This document shows, in pieces, positions 1-9,151 of a DNA stretch of 59,801 nt (its first letter is position 1; every line of letters begins with the position of its first letter). The position numbers were made by a program, and so were the translations under genes. Source of the DNA: a virus (taxonomy: Duplodnaviria > Caudoviricetes). The notes under the pieces were generated by a model. That model worked only from the letters and a program-made list of their open reading frames with translations, was not told where the DNA came from and made no database searches. Location of the stretch: positions 1 through 59,801 of the IMG/VR virus record IMGVR_UViG_3300046654_000013; one strand, given 5' to 3'.

Positions 1-134
1 ATGGAAGTACAACATTTCGTGTGCCGGATCTACGCGGAAAGTTTTTACAAGGTGCAGATACAGCGGGGGCGGCAATCGCTGCTGGACTGCCAAATATTAC
101 AGGAGATTTCCCTGTTTCTAATTCATCCGCTTCA
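1..134. repeat. Terminal direct repeat (assembly overlap), copy 1
   Basis: 1-134 matches 59668-59801 except T at 8 versus C at 59675. Confidence 0.95.
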
Positions 135-299
135 CCATCAGGGGCATTTTATATTGAATCATATTTTACGGGTAATGGGCAAGACAGTCAGCAAAATAAA
201 ATGATTGCACTGAATGCTGCTAGATCAAGCGCTGTCTATGGTAATTCTACAACAGTACAGCCACCAGCCATTGCAATGATTCCACAAATCAAGTATTAA
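3..299 (+). CDS. Tail fibre protein, C-terminal part
   Basis: PDLRGKFLQG..AGLPNITG..ARSSAVYGNSTTVQPPA..PQIKY is a typical tail-fibre C-terminus; in frame with the 58635 ORF through the terminal overlap. Confidence 0.85.
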   Translation, partial: GSTTFRVPDLRGKFLQGADTAGAAIAAGLPNITGDFPVSNSSASPSGAFYIESYFTGNGQDSQQNKMIALNAARSSAVYGNSTTVQPPAIAMIPQIKY

Positions 300-313
300 A
301 ACGGGGTGAAATA

Positions 314-1171
314 ATGGATAAAACGGAAACAAAAACAGTATATGTCTATGACGCTACAGGTCTGTACACAGGCACGCAAGTGCTTGACTATACAGACCGT
401 AGTCCAATCAACGGAACGTGGCAAATACCGGGGAATAGCACAGAGTTAGACCCGGAAAGTAAAAATGGATACGATGCTTACTTTATATCAGGTGTATGGA
501 CATATGTTGCGCAAATAGTAGACGTTATTTGCTATTACAACTACGGTGTTAACTTTAAAACAGTAAAAAGTAATTACACCGCAGCAACAGGAGAAATATT
601 GTTTTCTGCTACCCCTACTACAGCAGAATTAACGGCAGCTTTTCCATCGATAGCAGGAAACATGGTTCACATGGTTACAAAAATTCCAGTTATCACAGAC
701 ACAATTAAAGTTCAAGACGTTACGTTAACAGCTACAGCAAGCACGATAGATGCGACAAATTTTGCTGTTGGCACAACGATTGCGTTAACCGTGGCTAATA
801 TTGTAACGGCACTAAAAGCAAATGCAACAATAGCGCAATATTGGGATATTACATCATCTGATGCAACATTTACGCTCACCGAAAAAATCGCAGGTAACAG
901 ATCAACGCCAACCGCTATAACGACTACAGGAACAACAATCATTTCTAGTGGCACTCCTATAAATAGCGTGTACGGCTATAAAAACGCTGTGATGTCACAG
1001 CAACTCATTATATTAAACCAAACGTACAGAGATAAGCTATACCCAATTGAGCGTGCGCTTGTGACAGCTTATGCGAGCGGTAATACAGCAATTGTCACAT
1101 CGAACAAAGAGTTACTCACATCAATAAACGCAGAATGGAAAGCGAAAGCAGAGGTGATTACAAATGGCTGA
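314..1171 (+). CDS. Tail fibre assembly-like protein with an inserted Thr/Ala-rich domain
   Basis: N-terminus YVYDATGLYTG..DRSP..WQIPGNST..P..W resembles Tfa chaperones; directly follows the fibre gene. Confidence 0.6.
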   Translation: MDKTETKTVYVYDATGLYTGTQVLDYTDRSPINGTWQIPGNSTELDPESKNGYDAYFISGVWTYVAQIVDVICYYNYGVNFKTVKSNYTAATGEILFSATPTTAELTAAFPSIAGNMVHMVTKIPVITDTIKVQDVTLTATASTIDATNFAVGTTIALTVANIVTALKANATIAQYWDITSSDATFTLTEKIAGNRSTPTAITTTGTTIISSGTPINSVYGYKNAVMSQQLIILNQTYRDKLYPIERALVTAYASGNTAIVTSNKELLTSINAEWKAKAEVITNG

Positions 1172-1319
1172 TATAGTAGTTTATATTTGCACGTCATGCG
1201 GGGCTGACATGTCGTCAGTGGCTAAGTCCGACGGAACGATTTATTATTGTCCTGAATGCGGTATGCAATACGGTGGTTTACCGTTAAATTCAGCAGACAA
1301 TACAAACACACAGGGGTGA
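1164..1319 (+). CDS. Small zinc-ribbon protein (51 aa)
   Basis: SD GAGGTG; CTSCG...CPECG. Confidence 0.6.
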   Translation: MADIVVYICTSCGADMSSVAKSDGTIYYCPECGMQYGGLPLNSADNTNTQG

Positions 1320-1323
1320 TTCC

Positions 1324-1497
1324 ATGTATGTAACTAAAAATATGTTATATTTTTATTGGATACTTTTATTTATGTCGTGGTCACTAACATTTTGTTTTAT
1401 GTTTTTAAGAAAAAAGAAAGTTACCATATCGATAAAAGACCCAAAAGATAAAGCGATCGAAAAAGAAAATAGTCACACGGTTGGCTTTACAAAGTAA
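1324..1497 (+). CDS. Small single-TM protein (57 aa), lysis region
   Basis: SD GGGGTG; hydrophobic N-terminus followed by RKKK. Confidence 0.55.
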   Translation: MYVTKNMLYFYWILLFMSWSLTFCFMFLRKKKVTISIKDPKDKAIEKENSHTVGFTK

Positions 1498-1522
1498 TCG
1501 TGTGGCTTTACGAGGTGACAGC

Positions 1523-1878
1523 ATGGATGTCGTATCAATTATAAATGTGTTAAAATATGTACCGACAGATAAGATGGTGACATTATTTTGTTTAATATTT
1601 TCATCTGGATTTGCTTATTATGTTTTAAAAATAATACATCTGCGATTAATGGTCTTAATGAAACAATGCAAATAATTACGTCAAATCAAACATTGCACGA
1701 CGAAAGAAACAAATCTGATTTTAAAAGTGTAAAAAGTGACATTTGCAACGTTAGAACTGATGTTTCCAATGTCAGAGTTGATGTGACGCGGGTGGAGCAC
1801 GACGTGGCTACTGTGCAAGAAAATGTAAATGACATATCACGCACGGTATCCATGATTCAAGGACAAATCATAAAGTGA
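1523..1878 (+). CDS. Membrane-anchored coiled-coil protein (holin/XhlA/spanin-like), needing a -1 frameshift at 1624-1630
   Basis: SD GAGGTG, ATG 1523, TM helix in frame 0 (stop 1675); heptad coiled coil in the -1 frame; T_TTA_AAA heptamer at the junction. Confidence 0.55.
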
Positions 1879-1886
1879 GGTAAAAT

Positions 1887-2198
1887 ATGAGATTAAAAAC
1901 ACACATAAACCATTTCAACGATTTTGTCGCCGAACAGGGAACTAAACTGTTCGGCACGATGTATTGCACATATATTTTAATGTGCTACGGACTGTTACCA
2001 ATATTTTTACCTGCACAGCAAGAAACATTACTGTACTGGTCAAATGTAATTCAACTTATTGCTTTACCATTGCTTATGGTCGGACAAAATTTGCAAAGTA
2101 AGGCGGCAGACCGAAGGTCACTTAAAACTTATGACATGGTTCGCAAGTTATTTAAAGAGCTTGGCCCAGAATATGACGAAAAGAAGAAAAAACGATGA
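1887..2198 (+). CDS. DUF1003-like membrane protein
   Basis: FGTM...IQLIALPLLMVGQNLQSKAADRR motif; two TM segments. Confidence 0.6.
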   Translation: MRLKTHINHFNDFVAEQGTKLFGTMYCTYILMCYGLLPIFLPAQQETLLYWSNVIQLIALPLLMVGQNLQSKAADRRSLKTYDMVRKLFKELGPEYDEKKKKR

Positions 2199-2668
2199 TT
2201 CCGGAACACGTAGAACACAAAACTATAACAGAAACCATAATTACACCAGCGCATGGAAAACGTGACGCGTCAGAGTTCCGTAGGAGCGTTAAAAAACTAA
2301 AACAGGACAACTTGTATAGGTGTTTCGTTTGTAACTCACAGGAACGCTTGCAGGTGCATCATATTGCAGAGTTTAGTTTGGCAAACGTAATCAATTACGA
2401 AAAGCTTAAAAAATTCTTATTATGCTTCGATCCATACGGATATTCAGAAAAAATAAAAAATGTACCGCTTGAGTCGGTAGATGATATTCGAAATTTATTA
2501 GTTTTGTGTCAAGAACATCACAACAATGTAAATAAACTTGGCACTGGAACAGGAATTCATAATTTAAGTTTTCCATCATGGACAATCCAATGCGTATGCA
2601 ATGACAATGAAAATCCTATACCGCAGGAAAATGAAAGTATCAATGATGTACTGAATCGAGTTGATTAA
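2195..2668 (+). CDS. HNH-like Zn/His protein
   Basis: CFVC..LQVHH...NLLVLCQEHH..GIH. Confidence 0.55.
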   Translation: MIPEHVEHKTITETIITPAHGKRDASEFRRSVKKLKQDNLYRCFVCNSQERLQVHHIAEFSLANVINYEKLKKFLLCFDPYGYSEKIKNVPLESVDDIRNLLVLCQEHHNNVNKLGTGTGIHNLSFPSWTIQCVCNDNENPIPQENESINDVLNRVD

Positions 2669-2671
2669 AAA

Positions 2672-3124
2672 GTGAGACTAACGGTAAACAAACGTAATAT
2701 TTTACAGCAGTCAATTTTAAGCGTTAACGATGGCGTTCTATCAGCAATTAGCGTAATCATGATTATGAGCGGACAAAATTTTATTCGTCCGTGGATCGGT
2801 GTTGTTGCAGGAGGACTGCTTGCAATGGGTAGCGCAAATTATATTTCAGTAAGCGCAATCGCAAATCAGCAAAACAAATATTCGCCAAATCAAACTGTAT
2901 TGTTTTCATCGATCGCATATTTTGTTGGAGCGATTATCCCAGTGATACCACTTATTTTTATAAATAATTTTGTTGCAAGCCTTGTAGTGTCATTTATATT
3001 TTTGCTTGTAATCGGCTACAAAAACAATGGCAAAACAAATAAAATAGTATCTGCAATACGGCAAGGATTTTTAGGGATATTTGTTGCTGTGGTTACTTAT
3101 TATTTAGGTTTGTATTTTGGATAA
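2672..3124 (+). CDS. VIT1/CCC1-family membrane protein (short form)
   Basis: ILSVNDGVLS, GGLLAMGSANYISV and SSIAYFVGAIIPVIP match VIT1 motifs; about 5 TM segments. Confidence 0.7.
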   Translation: MRLTVNKRNILQQSILSVNDGVLSAISVIMIMSGQNFIRPWIGVVAGGLLAMGSANYISVSAIANQQNKYSPNQTVLFSSIAYFVGAIIPVIPLIFINNFVASLVVSFIFLLVIGYKNNGKTNKIVSAIRQGFLGIFVAVVTYYLGLYFG

Positions 3125-3135
3125 GGAGTGATTTT

Positions 3136-3711
3136 ATGACAATCGAAGAATTAGGAAAAGAAATTGCACTAGGTTTAGTTAATACCGGAATCGAAGGTGG
3201 CTTCGGCTCTGTATCATGTTCGACTGCCGGTGATTACCCATCACTGGGCGCCCAGCAGGTTGAAGGCGACAGGGCAGACGAACTGCTCAACAATATTGCT
3301 GGCGGTGACAAGTTCGCCGAACGAAGCTACAGCGATATCGAAAATGCGGGAGAGCTAGACGAATTATCTGCATTGCTTGATTCAGCCGAAGGGCAAGCAG
3401 CACAACTTGAAATTATAGGCCGTGACACGCAGACTTACGCGCAACGCGCAATTGATTGCGGACTGACCGACGCGCGATGCGTAATTTATGCCGGAATGTG
3501 GGGACCAACTTCGACGTATATCGTAGGTAAATTCGTACAAAATAGGATTGATCGCAATATTGCTGCAAACTTGGAAAACTTAAATCAGATATTTTATGAT
3601 GAATATGCAGCAGCGGCAGGGTGCAGCGATTACGCGACTGGATACCAAAACCGTGCCAACAATACGTATAATTACGTGTCTAGCTTAGATTTGTCGGCTT
3701 ACGGGTATTGA
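3136..3711 (+). CDS. Putative endolysin (lysozyme-like fold)
   Basis: IEGGFGSVSCSTAGDYPSLG.QQ motif with a candidate catalytic Glu, C-terminal GYQNRA; lysis-module position. Confidence 0.55.
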   Translation: MTIEELGKEIALGLVNTGIEGGFGSVSCSTAGDYPSLGAQQVEGDRADELLNNIAGGDKFAERSYSDIENAGELDELSALLDSAEGQAAQLEIIGRDTQTYAQRAIDCGLTDARCVIYAGMWGPTSTYIVGKFVQNRIDRNIAANLENLNQIFYDEYAAAAGCSDYATGYQNRANNTYNYVSSLDLSAYGY

Positions 3712-3713
3712 CC

Positions 3714-4202
3714 ATGGATAAAATAACATTAATATTTTGCGAAGGTAATGCATGGTACTCAGACATTATAAAATACGTAGAGCATGGCAAATATACGCAC
3801 GTGGCAGGTATTATATTAAACTCTACCTTGGAATCACATGGAGTATGTGACGCTATCGACAGATACCCTGCGACATGGCTACACTCACCAACTAAATACA
3901 TTGACGGCGTAAACTGTAAATTTGTCACCGTTGGCATTGAAAATTTATTTGCAGCCGAAGAAAAAGCACGACGACTTATTGGCTGTCCATATAGTTTTCA
4001 CGGAGATGTTGAAGCCGGCTTAGAAATGATGTTTGATTTACAGCCACCAGTTGACGGTGAATTAACAGTTATGTGTTCCGAAGCGTGGGATATTATTTTA
4101 AAAGCTGGAATTCCCGTTGGCTTTGAATTACCAAATTTTAAGCCGGATTTTGTCGCTCCGCAAAGATTATTTGATGCAGTTATTAAGGGGGAAATCACAT
4201 GA
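3714..4202 (+). CDS. Permuted papain-like NlpC/P60 (YiiX/YebB-like) enzyme
   Basis: YTHVAG precedes G.PYS and MCSE, i.e. His before Cys. Confidence 0.7.
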   Translation: MDKITLIFCEGNAWYSDIIKYVEHGKYTHVAGIILNSTLESHGVCDAIDRYPATWLHSPTKYIDGVNCKFVTVGIENLFAAEEKARRLIGCPYSFHGDVEAGLEMMFDLQPPVDGELTVMCSEAWDIILKAGIPVGFELPNFKPDFVAPQRLFDAVIKGEIT

Positions 4203-4327
4203 TTAGTACACAGCCAATAAAAAAACAATCATGGCTGACTGCTTGCTGGATAAAAATAAGAGACGCAACGTACGCGGCGGCAGCATCAAGTATTGCCACA
4301 AGCATTATAAATAAGGTGAAAAAATGA
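4199..4327 (+). CDS. Small hypothetical protein (42 aa)
   Basis: ATGA overlaps with both neighbours; SD GGGGG. Confidence 0.5.
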   Translation: MISTQPIKKQSWLTACWIKIRDATYAAAASSIATSIINKVKK

Positions 4328-4641
4328 TAGACAACGAATTACTACAACAATACGCTAAAGCAGTCCGCGTACGCAAAGTGTTAAATTTATTGCCAACCGG
4401 AGTCCGTGAATGGAGCCTACAATTTGAGCAAGCGGCATTCAGCGATCTGCAAGGACAAGCTGGAAAACCAGTCACGGAAGATGAGCTGTTGGCAATGACG
4501 GACTCGGAGATTAGTGTTATAATAAAAGAGACTTATCCGATTGTTTTAAATGTAGCAGTGGATTTGTTAAAAAAGTACCTCCCGACAGCAGCAGTGACAG
4601 GAATACTGTCGGTTATCGCAACATATCTGTCAATAAAATAA
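4324..4641 (+). CDS. Hypothetical protein with a hydrophobic C-terminus
   Basis: SD AAGGTG; C-terminal TM-like segment. Confidence 0.6.
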   Translation: MIDNELLQQYAKAVRVRKVLNLLPTGVREWSLQFEQAAFSDLQGQAGKPVTEDELLAMTDSEISVIIKETYPIVLNVAVDLLKKYLPTAAVTGILSVIATYLSIK

Positions 4642-4655
4642 ACGGAGGAATTAAT

Positions 4656-5222
4656 ATGGCAAAAGCAATTTTTACAGTAACCAACGCGGCAAGCGTAGCG
4701 GCATCGGGCGCAAGCGTAACGCTAAATTCAGCAACACAGACAACAGACACGACAGGACAGGCAACTTTTGATAGCTTAGTAGTTGGTACAGCGTATCCAT
4801 ATACAATTATTTTGGATGGATATACAACTGTTTCCGGTACGGTTACAGCAGTTGAAGAAACAAATGTAGCAGTAACGCTTGTAGTGGCTTCGGCAACAAT
4901 TACAGCTGCAACAGCAACATCGTATTTTAAATCGTTAAAATCTGATATAACGACAATCATCACAGAAATTCGTACAGCAATTAAATCCGATTTGCTTGCA
5001 AAATGTCAAACATTGTCTACTAAACTCGTAACGACGTATAAGGTAGAACTTACTACAGCTATTGCATGGTATGTGTCTGAACGCAGTAAGCTGAGCAAGG
5101 CGTCTGATTTTTGGAAGTGGGTTTCTTATTCATCCATGATTGCAGTATTGTATACAATCCGTTCCGATTTTGCAACGGTAGTTGATGAAGCACTCGTTTT
5201 TATCGAAAAAAAATTATCATAA
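4656..5222 (+). CDS. Protein with an N-terminal Ig/carboxypeptidase-regulatory-like beta domain and a helical C-terminus
   Basis: GASVTL..TTD.TGQATF..L..G.Y.YTI..DGY..VSG.V motif. Confidence 0.6.
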   Translation: MAKAIFTVTNAASVAASGASVTLNSATQTTDTTGQATFDSLVVGTAYPYTIILDGYTTVSGTVTAVEETNVAVTLVVASATITAATATSYFKSLKSDITTIITEIRTAIKSDLLAKCQTLSTKLVTTYKVELTTAIAWYVSERSKLSKASDFWKWVSYSSMIAVLYTIRSDFATVVDEALVFIEKKLS

Positions 5223-5239
5223 CATTAAAGTTCTATAAT

Positions 5240-5277
5240 AAAAGCCCTCAGCTTAATTGCTGGGGGCTTATTTTTAT
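5240..5277. terminator. Bidirectional intrinsic terminator
   Basis: AGCCCTCAGC-TTAATT-GCTGGGGGCT with A- and T-rich flanks between convergent genes. Confidence 0.85.
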
Positions 5278-5456
5278 TTAACCGCATATAATTGTTTTAC
5301 TTCCTCCCATCGTCTGCTAACGTCAGCAGAGCTACATACATATTCAAAATTACTGTCATAAAACGTTATCGTGTCCTTACATATTTTACTTACTATGCCC
5401 ATACAGCTATCCCACGTTTCGATGACGTCGCCGATGTCAATATTTTCTATGAGCAT
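5274..5456 (-). CDS. Small KOW/SH3-like hypothetical protein
   Basis: IDIGDVI...GIV..I; resembles the C-terminus of 29234-29500. Confidence 0.5.
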   Translation of the reverse strand: MLIENIDIGDVIETWDSCMGIVSKICKDTITFYDSNFEYVCSSADVSRRWEEVKQLYAVK

Positions 5457-5458
5457 AA

Positions 5459-5842
5459 CTACTTCAACGCCTCCGCATATTTATCAAGTATTTCCTGCCT
5501 GTGTTCCAGTGCTTCGGCTTTGGTGCGAAAGCGGTTGCCCGCGGTTGCACGCAACAAATCAACGCAAACACCATCCCAACAATAAATCATAACACTTCCG
5601 TCGATTTGAATGCTCCGATAACTATCACCAATTTTGTACGGTCGTGGCAGTTTTGTTATTTCGTTAGACCCCCAGATAAATAAATTTAAAACATTATGAT
5701 CAGCTAAAGTCTATTTATTTACTTGGTTGCTAAATGTATTTAATGTTTCGCCATCTATTTTGCATTTAACGCCCAGATATTCAAATTCTTCCCCAACTTC
5801 AACTCCGCGTTCTTGTGCGATTAAAGGCCATAAATTTTTCAT
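5459..5842 (-). pseudogene. Hypothetical phage gene with an in-frame TAG (5711-5713)
   Basis: SD GAGGT, ATG 5842; MKNLWPLIAQERGVEVGEEF...NK*TLAD...GNRFRTKAEA stays in frame on both sides of the stop; paralogous to the C-terminal half of 6588-7259. Confidence 0.7.
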
Positions 5843-5845
5843 AAT

Positions 5846-7910
5846 TTACCTCACTTTTACGTCAACAATTATATTTTTGTTTGAATGATTTATTTCATAC
5901 GTTTTAGTATAACAATCAAGATATTTAATTGTTTCTTCAACAATCGTTCCTGTTCTAAACTCTCCAAAATTTTTAAAAAATACATCCCTTAATAATTTAA
6001 TTTGCATATTATCACCTTTCTATTTTATCTGATAATTTGTTTTTTACCGCGTCAGATATTGCATGCCTGCCTTCGCCATATCGAAAGAAATTTTGAACTT
6101 CCTGCTCGATAGCATTATTTATTTCTTTATCGGCAGTCTGTTGAATTATCCTTGTTATATTTTCTTTAGTACACACATTATCCAGTATATGTTTTATATT
6201 GCCATTCATTTGCAACGTATATGCGTCAAGTGCTTGTACTATTTGTAATTTCATTCCGTCAACTTCTAACTTAATTCTTGGCATCATATCATACATTTTT
6301 ATCATCATTCTCTATTAAACAAAATCCAGCACCAGAATTATCCTCAACCCAATCACGGAATATTTCCTCAAGTTTACCAAAGTCTTTTTCTTTAACTACT
6401 ACTATTTCTTCACAATATGCAGTGTAAAATCTATACTTACGCTTCTTCACCGGTATCAATCCTTTCCTTGTATTGTTTACACTTATCACGCCTAGCGTTA
6501 CGCCACGACGCAAGCCAACTTTTTGCCTTGCAGCGTACTTGTTTTTCGTCTGCGATTAATTCCATGTTGAACTTGCAAGATGAGCATTTACTCATTTGGT
6601 TTACCAGATCGCATATCATCACCAATTTTGTTTATTTGCTCTATCGGTATCACTGCATCCGGTGCAAACATGTTGCCGAATTTACGATTGTAATAATCTA
6701 CTAAAGTAGATCCATCAAACGTTGCTGTACAAACTTCTTTATCTTCTGCTACATATTTATATTGATCACCATAGTTGCACCATATCGGCTTTGCAAACTC
6801 TACGATTTTTTCGATTTTATACTCTCCGCTTAATATTCCACTAAGCATAGGCTGATCATAACGCATAACATCGTCAAACATTAATCCGTTTATATTAAAA
6901 TAATATTTACTATATTTTTCGCCAACTTTAATATAAAATCGTTCGCCAATTTTAGCTCCCAGCATCTTGCAAATTTCCGGTATATAATTCACTTTATCTT
7001 CTCCTTTGTACTGCCATTTGATACAATTTTCATCACATTCTACGCAAGGTACTAGTTTGCCTAAAAACTTGCACGTTTTACAGGACACTTCTGCAACGTC
7101 GCATTTATTAATGCATCTAGCTATTGCTTTTGTGCCTAAATTATTTCCAACTGTATCGTAACCATCAATATAGCGTGATGTTACAACTTCCATAATTTCT
7201 CCAATATGATTTTTGTACCAATATTCTTCACCGCTGCATTTTATAATTTTAATTTTCATTTTAAACCTCCTACAATCGTTTCTAAGCAATTTATTTTGCC
7301 AACGCATATACTTTTACGCGTTAGTTATGTTTAACTCGCCTTACGTTATTTCTGCGCCAATTAACCGCAACATCTCGCTTGTTCCCATGCATCCGTTATC
7401 GTCGTTGCTTAATTTTATTTCGTAAATAATTTTATCGTTGACCGTTGCGTAAAATAACCCATGCCGATATTGTGCATAAAACACTTCGCCGTTTTCAGTT
7501 TCTCCCTGCCATTGCGCAGGGCACATGCTACAAGTTTTGGATAAGGATTTTAGTTTCATTTTGACACCACCTTGATGATTTTATTAAACCACTGGTCGAC
7601 TTGCTGCTTAGTTTGAAATTCCGGCACGTGTGTTGTCCATAAATCATATTTTATACACTGCTCCATAAAATAATTTTTAATTTCGGCTGTCATCTGTGGA
7701 ACGCTTCCTTCCCCGCAATCAAACTTCCCTCTTATCTTCCATAAATTCAGTGACTAATTTTTCAACAATTGCTTTGATAGACGTTTTGTTTTTAACCGTA
7801 TAAATTTTCAAATCCTCAACAAGCTGTTCCGGCAAATCAATAATGACTCTTTTCACGTATAACACCTCCCGTGTATTTATAATAGCACTTCGGTACTTTG
7901 AATGCAACAA
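5846..7910 (-). other. Leftward block of about 8 small hypothetical genes (e.g. 6012-6299, 6588-7259, 7341-7559)
   Basis: Tightly packed minus-strand ORFs with SD sites and overlapping stop/start codons. Confidence 0.65.
7719..7856 (-). CDS. Ribbon-helix-helix (CopG/Arc-like) regulator
   Basis: KRVIIDLPEQLVEDLKIYTVKNKTSIKAIVEKLV; SD GGAGGTG before GTG 7856. Confidence 0.7.
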   Translation of the reverse strand: MKRVIIDLPEQLVEDLKIYTVKNKTSIKAIVEKLVTEFMEDKREV

Positions 7911-7928
7911 TTATTTTAAAATCATAAG

Positions 7929-8101
7929 TGTGACAGTTATGACGGTTATGACGGCATTTTAAACTTCTATTACTATACTCTTCTATATATACTTTATCAT
8001 TTTAACTGTCATACTGTCATAAATAAAACATATATGAATTAATGAAGCTATATGAACCATGGATTATAAGGGTGTGACGGATAGATTTTAAAAAAGCGTC
8101 A
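7929..8101. repeat. Origin-like iteron element, copy B
   Basis: TGAC(A/G)G at 7931, 7940 and 7949; inverted CTGTCA at 8006 and 8014; TGACGG at 8075; AT-rich spacers. Confidence 0.65.
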
Positions 8102-8228
8102 GTAGGAACAGTTGCTTAAAGCATTGTTCGTCAGCATGTTTACTTAATAGGTATAGTACGTGTATTTAATATAATTGTTTGTTATAGTGTAACAAATGTT
8201 ACGCGTAAAATAAAATAATAAAAAAGTA

Positions 8229-8257
8229 TTGCAATGTTGTTTAATGTGGTGTATTGT
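8229..8257 (+). promoter_or_regulatory. sigmaA-like early promoter
   Basis: TTGCAA-17 bp-TATTGT with an A-rich UP element. Confidence 0.55.
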
Positions 8258-8279
8258 AAATGTGTAAGGAGGTGGTTAC

Positions 8280-8528
8280 ATGGAAGAAAAATGTATAAAC
8301 ACGACAATGTTTGGCGAAAAAGCATATACAACAAATGATATTTCGCACAATTTAAGTAAAAATATTGAAACAGTTAGGAGATGGATTCGGCTAGGAAAAT
8401 TAAATGCGCATTTATGCGGTGGTTATTACTATGTACTTGAAAGCGATTTGAACAAATTTTTAATGAATAAAACAAAAAGTGGTACGCTATCGCGTGCTTC
8501 TGCTGGGAGAGGGAGAGGAGAAAATTAA
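8280..8528 (+). CDS. Excisionase/MerR-like HTH protein
   Basis: YTTNDIS..L....ETVRRWIRLGKLNA..GG.YYV.ESDL. Confidence 0.75.
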   Translation: MEEKCINTTMFGEKAYTTNDISHNLSKNIETVRRWIRLGKLNAHLCGGYYYVLESDLNKFLMNKTKSGTLSRASAGRGRGEN

Positions 8529-8977
8529 ATGATTACATCAGTTCCAATAATGATACCAATTATAACATCAGGAGCACAAAGTGGTGGAATAGTTACTGCT
8601 ATGATATCAACCATAGGTTTATTTGCAATAATTACTATGTGTATACTAGCATTTTTAGATAGTACAACAGATAGAAACATGATTGTAGTTCCGGTACTAT
8701 TTGGTCTACTGGGGGGAGTTGTAGTAGCGGTACTGTTTAACTGTATGTTAGCTTATATAATAGCTGTTATCGGTTATGGTATATTGGGTGGACTAGCATA
8801 TATATTTTTATATATATTAGAAAGGTATAATATATGAAAAAACATTATTATTTTTATATATTTATTTTTATAATGTTATGCAATATTGACATAGAAACGT
8901 TTTTTGGCGGTATATTTATAATTATTTTAACAACAACACTCACTGTGTATTTTAAAAAATAAAAGGAAGGTGATTAA

Positions 8978-9151
8978 GCGAAATGCAAAGATTGTAAAAT
9001 AAATAAAATTTTCGAATACTCTAAATGCGGATACGGCTCAATAGAACCATGTGAATTATGTAAAAATTCGTTGGTTGGTGCAGACGCAAAGCCTTGCGAT
9101 ATGTGTTGCATATTAGGCGAATGTAAATTTAAATTAAAGGAAGGCGATTAA
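8978..9151 (+). pseudogene. Cys-rich ORF with no canonical start (GCG at the start position)
   Basis: AAGGAAGGTGATTAA-GCG-AAA-TGC...; the same SD context precedes the next gene's ATG at 9152. Confidence 0.5.

Noticed and set aside
1-134. Biological terminal repeat of the virion DNA
   Set aside because: The 126-nt exact overlap fits a k=127 assembly artefact and falls mid-gene
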